NCBI GenBank assembly: GCA_043228905.1
Contig: JBHGNT010001461.1
Location: 1-8,111 of the forward strand
DNA length: 8,111 nt
Direction: 5' to 3'
Source of the DNA: Azolla caroliniana
Taxonomy: Eukaryota; Plantae; Polypodiophyta
Below the pieces are notes generated by a model that was not told the origin of the DNA, ran no database searches, and saw only the letters and a program-made list of their open reading frames with translations. Positions within the stretch are counted from its first letter, which is position 1. Each line of letters opens with the position of its first letter. Positions 1 through 6,029 of this stretch are shown here, piece by piece. The translations under genes were made by a program, and so were the position numbers.

Positions 1-168
1 TTGCAGATAAATCAGTCACATTTTGTGAGATGAATCAATGATATCAGCAGCAACAGTGACCGCTTAAGAACATTAAATCAGGTTTTGTGTCACATTAGAA
101 AACTTATTTTCTTTAAGATAAAAAACTAATATATATTTATATGGGCAGAGAAAGAGTGTCCATTTTAC

Positions 169-2238
169 CTTGGTTTGAGGGATGTATCCACAAGTGACTT
201 TCGATATTTCCTGTGTGCATAAAGCTGCAAAATTGATTGATACCACTATAGGTAACATACAGGCAAATAATAACATATAGGATAGAAATATGTCTTGAAA
301 CTCTTCAAGTTCATTCATTGGCTGTTGGAACATGAAAGGAATCTGTATAGTAATAAGTGGCATGAACAACTCACTTGAGAATCTACACGACTGGTCCGTG
401 GAGGCCTTTTAATTATCTCTTCCATAAAAAATTCATTAGCATTGCCTTTTTCATTCTGTAGTTCATTATTGCTAATAGTTCCTCCTTTAGTATTGAGCTT
501 GTCTAGATCCCTAACATTCCCAAACAAGCGAGAGACATACATACAGACATAGAATAAGTCACATCAGTTCTATATATTGATCCTAACACGAAAACGTACA
601 TCCTCACTAATAGACATGTACCTATACAGTAGCGCAAGAACCAAAAGAATTTCCTCGTCTCTGATCCACGCTAATACTTCCACTAAACAAACAGACAATG
701 ACATTTTTCTAATTTTTATGGTAGATTTCCCCTTCTTATGAGTGTATCATTAGATAAATGATATCTATAAAATGAAGATACTCTATTGCACCTCATAGAC
801 AAACTTACAGTCATAAGAAAGCATATCTGCTGGCCATCCAAACCGTTCATGAATTCCTCCACCTAAAGCAGCTGATAAAAATGATCATACGCATCAAATA
901 TTGTAACTTCCCAAAGGACCAAGACACTGCAAAAAATAGTGTACACAAACTAAAACTAAAACCTGCTGCTTCCATAGAGGTAAATCCATGTTTCTTCATT
1001 GCAATGCATGCCCTGTCACAGGAAACACGAAAGGAGTGCGGTTGGTTCCCCTCTCTTCCTGTTACGATTTCAAACTTCTGATATTTCCACTCCCAAAACA
1101 TATCGAGAGGAAGTTTCCAATCTACCTGTGAGAGATATTTTATCCCACATTAGGTCATGCCCAAGATAAGAAAATTGTCTTTAAGTTGCGTATGTGGAAG
1201 TCAGATTACCATCCCTATTAACTCATTGAAATAGGCAATGGCGATTTCTTTGTCTGAGGGAAGATCCTGTCAATGTTCAAAAATTATCTTAGTTCCAGTT
1301 ATCTGACCATTATATTATACGTTCTAATATTGAAAGGATCAAACCTGGAACCTCCCAAGAAAGGCATAGATATTATCAGCAGCCCGCAGCTTCATGAGTT
1401 CCTGGGAAAAAAATGGTTCTAAATATACTTATTGAATAATCACTGTATGTTTCTAGAATCAAACACGACTAGCCAGCATCAAAGGGAGTTTATGACCATC
1501 GGTCTGGATAGTGTTGAGAAAATAACGCCTCCAAAAATCAAAGAATCGCAAAGTATATTGATGTGGTCCAAACCCTTAAGCTGCATAAAAAGCATGGAAT
1601 GGATCAAACAGGCAAGTATTGTCAACTCTTCTACACTAGGAAAAGACAAACTATAATATGCTACATTTGTTCCATTCATGAATGTGTCATAAACTGTTTT
1701 ATAATGTTGCTTGCACCCTCGTTTAGTAGTAATAAAATCCCTGCATATGCTGTATGAGTTAAAAGCTACATTAAGCATTAGCCTCTCTATTTTCTTTGGG
1801 CAAAGAAAATTAAACAAAGGTCTTTCAAATATTATTGCATAAATCCAAGAGTTTTTCTTGCTGTTTTTTGGAATAAATAAACAAGTTTGAATTTTTTATG
1901 TGATCATTCCACAAATCTGATTTTTGAGCCCCGAAGAGAGTAAAAATAGCAGTGACCATGGAAATAGCCATGAATCTCTAGGTTTTTATGGAGTTATTAA
2001 GTATTATTTCTAGGAATTCATTCCATAAATCTACTTCCGGAATAGTGAAAGTGAAGAAGGTGACGTGTTCTTATTCTTTGATGGACCTCTTTCAAGCTAC
2101 CCAACAGAAGAAGACATATGCATCGATTACAACAATAAACAGAAGATGCAATGCTTCTGAGAGTAAAGAATGAAAGCTTGCCTCTGCAATGAGAGCGAAT
2201 TCTAGGCCTGGAGGACAGGACGCCCAATACTTGGCCAT
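169..2238 (-). CDS. THUMP domain-containing RNA (guanine-N2) methyltransferase-like protein, THUMPD3/THUMPD2/Trm14(TrmN) family; 5' part, 3'-partial. Exons: complement(join(2182..2238,1497..1580,1345..1401,1210..1266,963..1125,809..871,622..682,375..510,169..224))
   Basis: Manual splicing gives one open frame (734 nt, 244 codons + 2 nt) with compatible intron phases: MAKYWASCPPGLEFALIAE|LKGLDHINILCDSLIFGGVIFSTLSRPM|ELMKLRAADNIYAFLGRFQ|DLPSDKEIAIAYFNELIGM|VDWKLPLDMFWEWKYQKFEIVTGREGNQPHSFRVSCDRACIAMKKHGFTSMEAA|AALGGGIHERFGWPADMLSYD|LEVLAWIRDEEILLVLALLY|RDLDKLNTKGGTISNNELQNEKGNANEFFMEEIIKRPPRTSRVDSQ|LYAHRKYRKSLVDTSLKP. Introns 2-8 are GT-AG (78-150 nt); intron 1 is GC-AG (601 nt). ATG context is CAAAACAAAATGGCC. 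Motifs recognised from memory of the family, in the expected order: 'CPPGLE..xxE' N-terminus, 'LRAADN', THUMP core 'FRVSCDR...H.FTS.EAA..LGG.I...FGW.AD...YD.EV', linker 'HRKYR...TSLKP'. The SAM-binding domain should lie beyond base 1, so catalytic function is inferred. Confidence 0.88.
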
Positions 2239-2417
2239 TTTGTTTTGTGCTTCGATAAGAGGAAGAAGAATATGGCAGAAATGGTGACTGGTGAGGAGAG
2301 AGAAACTCTCGCGTCGGGTTATTCTGAGAAACAAAGAAAGAGATGATTAATAGTTATGTATGTACGTTTTTTACTTGCAAGGAAAAATGTGAGAAAAGTA
2401 GGAAGGAGAGGAGGAGA

Positions 2418-2550
2418 GTAACAATCGGCAACGGTTCGGTTTGAACCGAACCTCGAAACCACGGTTTAACGGCTTCAACGGTTCGGTTTGGTTTTGGTTT
2501 TTTAAACGGTTTAAACGGTTAAACAGTTTTTTGTTTTTTGTTTTTTGTTT

Positions 2551-2581
<31 letters not shown>

Positions 2582-2892
2582 AAATTTTTAAAATTTTTAA
2601 AAAATTCTAAAAATTGTTTTAAAACAATCTTTTCATTTTTAGACCTTATTTTCACATTTTAGGAACATCTTAAAATTTTAAAAAAAAATTTTAAATGAAA
2701 TATTATAAATTTTTAAAAATTAAAATTTTGACCTATGTTTGAAAACCAAAACCGTAGTTTTTACGGTTTAACGATTTGAAAAATGTTTAACGGTTCGGTT
2801 TAACAGTTTCGTGGTTTGGTTTGGTTCAGGTTTCAAAAAAATTAAATGGTTCAGTTTGGACCCGCTCAAACCGAACCGTTGTCAATTGTTAC
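2418..2892. mobile_element. Non-autonomous TIR DNA transposon (MITE-like), 475 bp
   Basis: Left end 2418-2444 GTAACAATCGGCAACGGTTCGGTTTGA versus reverse complement of 2866-2892 GTAACAATTGACAACGGTTCGGTTTGA: 25/27 identical. The flanks carry a direct repeat, AGGAGA (2412-2417 and 2893-2898). Subterminal (T)AACGGTT(CGGTTT) repeats occur at both ends around a very AT-rich non-coding core (about 2525-2745). Confidence 0.88.
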
Positions 2893-2984
2893 AGGAGATA
2901 TTGATATGTACATAGTACATACATATTGCGGTCTCATGTGAGATTTCTCTCCCTCCTCTTTTGATCCCATCCGACGAATCCAAC

Positions 2985-3051
2985 ATGTATGTATATGTAT
3001 GTATGTATGTGTGGTTCCGGGCAATGTGTGTGTGTTGTTGTTGTTGTTGTT
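2985..3051. repeat. Compound microsatellite cluster: imperfect (ATGT)n 2985-3010, then (TG)n/(TTG)n 3025-3051
   Basis: Directly visible: ATGTATGTATATGTATGTATGTATGT and TGTGTGTGTGTTGTTGTTGTTGTTGTT. Confidence 0.9.
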
Positions 3052-4033
3052 AAAATAGGATTGAGTAATCCGGAGTGCACCAGTTATAAGTTGCAAGCTT
3101 ACATATTGAGTGTTTCATCGTATTATGACTCATGAGTATGTGAGTGTTAGCCATGTAGTTGTTGTTTTTGAGATGCCCTCACTTGATCCCATTTTCGATG
3201 TTGAATCGATGAAACGTTGTTGTGATTGTGTGGTTGGACGAATATCGTGCATCCTTCATTCTCTTTAGATTGTTCATATCATGTTTCGACTCTACAAGTT
3301 GCTATTCATCAACTCTTTTAAACTCTATGATGTATCTTTTGATGTTTTGTGGGGGAATTCGATTTAATCGAACTAATACTCCGGATTGAGAACAATCAAG
3401 TCTTGTTTGTACATATGTGAAAATCAATTCTAACATGTCTACATATCCAGTTTTTGTGTTACTTTAATTTGTGCCTTTTCTAGTCTCGTGTTTGCTAGCA
3501 TATATGTACATATATAATCATAGATTATTTGCATACTAGACATGTAAATTTCAAACAAGTATAACACTATAGGAAGCTCTATAAGTAGTTGGATATGCTA
3601 ATATGTTTGGGAGTGTAGGTGCTACACAACCAAATTTTATGTGCATGTCATGAATGAAAGAGAATGTGAAATAAGTGTATCTAGTTTGTGTAGATGCAAG
3701 AGTTATTCATGGAATGGAATTCAATACACGCCTCCCAATTTGTTTCTCAAATGTTACATATAAAAGCTCAACATTAACACTAATATAAGAGAGAGAGACC
3801 CATTCGGAACTCATAAACGTTAAATGATAGCATGCCTTATGCTTATTGAAATAAGTTCACGTTAATGATTACAATACAAGGATACATGTCAACGTTCTAG
3901 CAATAATGGTTTTATATCAACAACATTGCAACAATTGTTTTTGTTAATCTTCATGTAGGCCTAAGGGGTTTATACCCATCGTCTAACGATGATGGTTGTT
4001 TCCTAATGTTACTGCAAACATTCAACGAATCAT

Positions 4034-4292
4034 GTTAATAGTGTAGAAATAATTATTTATGTTAAAAGTATTGTCAATGCCATTAATATATGTTAATTGT
4101 ATCAACAACAAGTACTTTAAGTTAATGTTGTTGACGGAGATTAGTTTAACATTTTGGCATTGGCAATATTAGATAAAGTTAATGACATTGACAATGATTC
4201 CATTGAGCTAGTGATATTAACAATGATTGGTTTGAATTAATGGTATCAACAACAACGAGTCGTATTTAATGGTCGTGGGTATGCCAATGATG
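4034..4292. repeat. Degenerate tandem repeat (minisatellite), period about 29 bp, about 9 copies
   Basis: Units start at 4034, 4061, 4092, 4121, 4150, 4178, 4207, 4236 and 4265 (spacings 27, 31, 29, 29, 28, 29, 29, 29). Examples: GTTAATTGTATCAACAACAAGTACTTTAA, GTTAATGACATTGACAATGATTCCATTGA, GCTAGTGATATTAACAATGATTGGTTTGA, ATTAATGGTATCAACAACAACGAGTCGTA. Rough consensus GTTAATGGTATTGACAATGATTAGTTTAA. Confidence 0.72.
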
Positions 4293-5542
4293 TTTAACAT
4301 GCAATATATGATGGGTCATGGATTTATCATGAATGTCTATGTATTAATATGGATGAGCATATGTGCGGCACAAAAAGAAAAAGAGTTAGCTTTCAAAGTC
4401 CCATCCGTCTAGGTCAAAAGCTTGCCCCTAACAAAAAGTGGGCCTCCCGAATCAAGAAGCTCATATGCTACTTGCTTGCCAAATAAATATAGAGAAATTT
4501 ATCTTTATGAAATGATGATGAATTTCATGTATGGCGAGTGATATTTTCACTCTAACTAATGAGAATGGTTGAATGATTGAGTGACGAACAAACACTCATT
4601 TGCATCAACAGGAAGAGTTGTATGAGAAATACCGTTGTATTAACTTCGAGGATGTTTGTGGACTTGACGAAGCTATACGGCAAGGTGGTGTAATGATCGT
4701 ACATATATTGTACGGGTAGGCCACAACAAATACAATGATATTATGGATGGGTAAAGGGTGTACGTGCGTAGTTAGAAGACATATAACCAACTAAAGGGTT
4801 GCTCGAGCTCATGGGTAAGACTCCTCCATCCATGCTCAAGGATGTTTATTTACCACCTTTTTTTAAGTTTTTCCTAACTATAATCTCGGGGAGGAAATAT
4901 TATAGTCTGACATTTTCTCCTTTGATATGAATTCTACCTCTTTGCAACCACTTGTTTACTACCACGGGGTTCATTAATGATGTCGCACATACTTTGGCTC
5001 GGGAGAAATCATCGTCACCGTGGGAACAATACAATCCATGACATCATAAACTCAACCTCATCCAAGTGACCAGTTTAGAGCCATGTCAATCACCATTGGC
5101 TGGTAAGCAGGCAGGCAACACACATACTTTTGGTTACAAGCCAACCATATATATTATTTATTTAGTACATCCCTCCGTCCACACCTCCTGAACCCAATTG
5201 TTGGTTATCTCCATACCATGCCATCGACACATTGCTACTGGCTGTCTTTGTCTCAATCTTGCAATGTAGACCAAGTTAATGAACACTAAACACGCCCCTC
5301 TCAATATGTTATTGTTTGTTAATGTGGGCTTCCTTCCTTCGTGTCCATCATCCACACACCTCTTTGAAACCTCCCCAAAAAAGTATAACACACAGTTTGA
5401 CCTCAGCAGCAGCAACGAACGAGGAACGAGAGGGAGATCGGAATGAGGCATCGATGTCTGAGAGGAAAAAGGTTGTGTCGTTCATTTTTATTATTATAAT
5501 ATATTTCTATTGAGAGACGAAAGAAAGAACAAGAGAGAAGAG

Positions 5543-5577
5543 GGCCTGGCCTGGCCTGGCCTGCCTGGCTGCCGGCC
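5543..5577. repeat. (GGCCT)n pentanucleotide repeat: 4 perfect copies plus a degenerate tail
   Basis: GGCCTGGCCTGGCCTGGCCT at 5543-5562 followed by GCCTGGCTGCCGGCC. A related (CCTTG)3 lies at 5622-5636. Confidence 0.88.
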
Positions 5578-5653
5578 ATCCAAAGTGAAAGTGTGAAAGC
5601 GGCTTTCTCTCCCTCCCAGTCCCTTGCCTTGCCTTGCTAAGCTAGCGAACGAT

Positions 5654-5701
5654 CAAACAAACAACCAAACAAACAAACAAACACACACACACAAAAAAAA
5701 A
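5654..5701. repeat. Compound (CAAA)n-(AC)n-poly(A) microsatellite in the presumed CAP-D2 promoter or 5' UTR
   Basis: Directly visible: an imperfect (CAAA)n run from 5654, (AC)6 at 5681-5692, then an A run to 5701. Confidence 0.88.
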
Positions 5702-6029
5702 TGAGGAAGAGAAGACGTGGTGCGTCGTAGCTTTCTTTCCTGTCCGTGTTTGAAATTTGGATCTCCCGCTCGTTTTGCAGAGACAAAGGAAGGACACAGA
5801 ACATCTCAGAACCAGGAGAAGAAAGAATCTCACAGGTAATGGACTTCTGCGTTATTTTACTGCTTGTTCTTCTCTCCTCCTCCTCCTCCTTTTCAAGCCG
5901 CCTGTACACAGGTAATGGACGCTTGACAGGAGTAAAACAGCTTTTCATCAAAGGCAGAAAGAGCAGAGATTTAATTGAACGAAGGAGCACTAGTGATTCT
6001 TTGCCTGCCTACTGTTCCATTTTGAGAAT
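5701..6029 (+). promoter_or_regulatory. Putative spliced 5' leader of CAP-D2 with uORFs and candidate UTR introns
   Basis: uORF 5701-5730 (MRKRRRGAS*). Donor-like TG|GTGCGT (GT at 5720) and acceptor-like TTTTGCAG (ends 5780). Two identical CAG|GTAATG donors (GT at 5836 and 5912), and a pyrimidine tract plus TTTCAAG acceptor ending at 5897. The transcription start is unknown. Confidence 0.45.

Noticed and set aside
1210-2238. Coding exons 1, 3 and 4 are each exactly 57 nt with phase-0 boundaries
   Set aside because: There is no sequence similarity between them at DNA or protein level; most likely coincidence rather than exon duplication.
73-2334. Minus-strand ORFs 73..369, 315..542, 847..1101, 1479..1817, 2018..2227, 2092..2334 and the plus-strand ORFs here as independent genes or a decayed transposase
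   Set aside because: They are explained as exon plus intron read-through, off-frame or antisense to the spliced THUMP gene.
2441-2662. 73-aa Phe/Lys-rich ORF
   Set aside because: It lies within the T-rich core of the TIR element, starts at TTG and reflects low complexity. It has no transposase similarity.
2944-2956. 13-bp TTTCTCTCCCTCC also present at 5604-5616 (possible element boundary or TSD)
   Set aside because: Low-complexity CT tract common near plant promoters; no associated TIR or LTR structure.
4034-4292. CRISPR-like array (conserved half plus variable half at a regular period)
   Set aside because: The units are too diverged, the total period is only 29 bp with no spacer-length unique segments, there are no cas genes, and the context is eukaryotic.
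4605-5990. Intergenic ORFs 4605..4790, 5158..5451, 5316..5513, 5637..5990 and 5642..5833
   Set aside because: Short, with no recognisable motifs, and partly translated microsatellite; consistent with chance ORFs.
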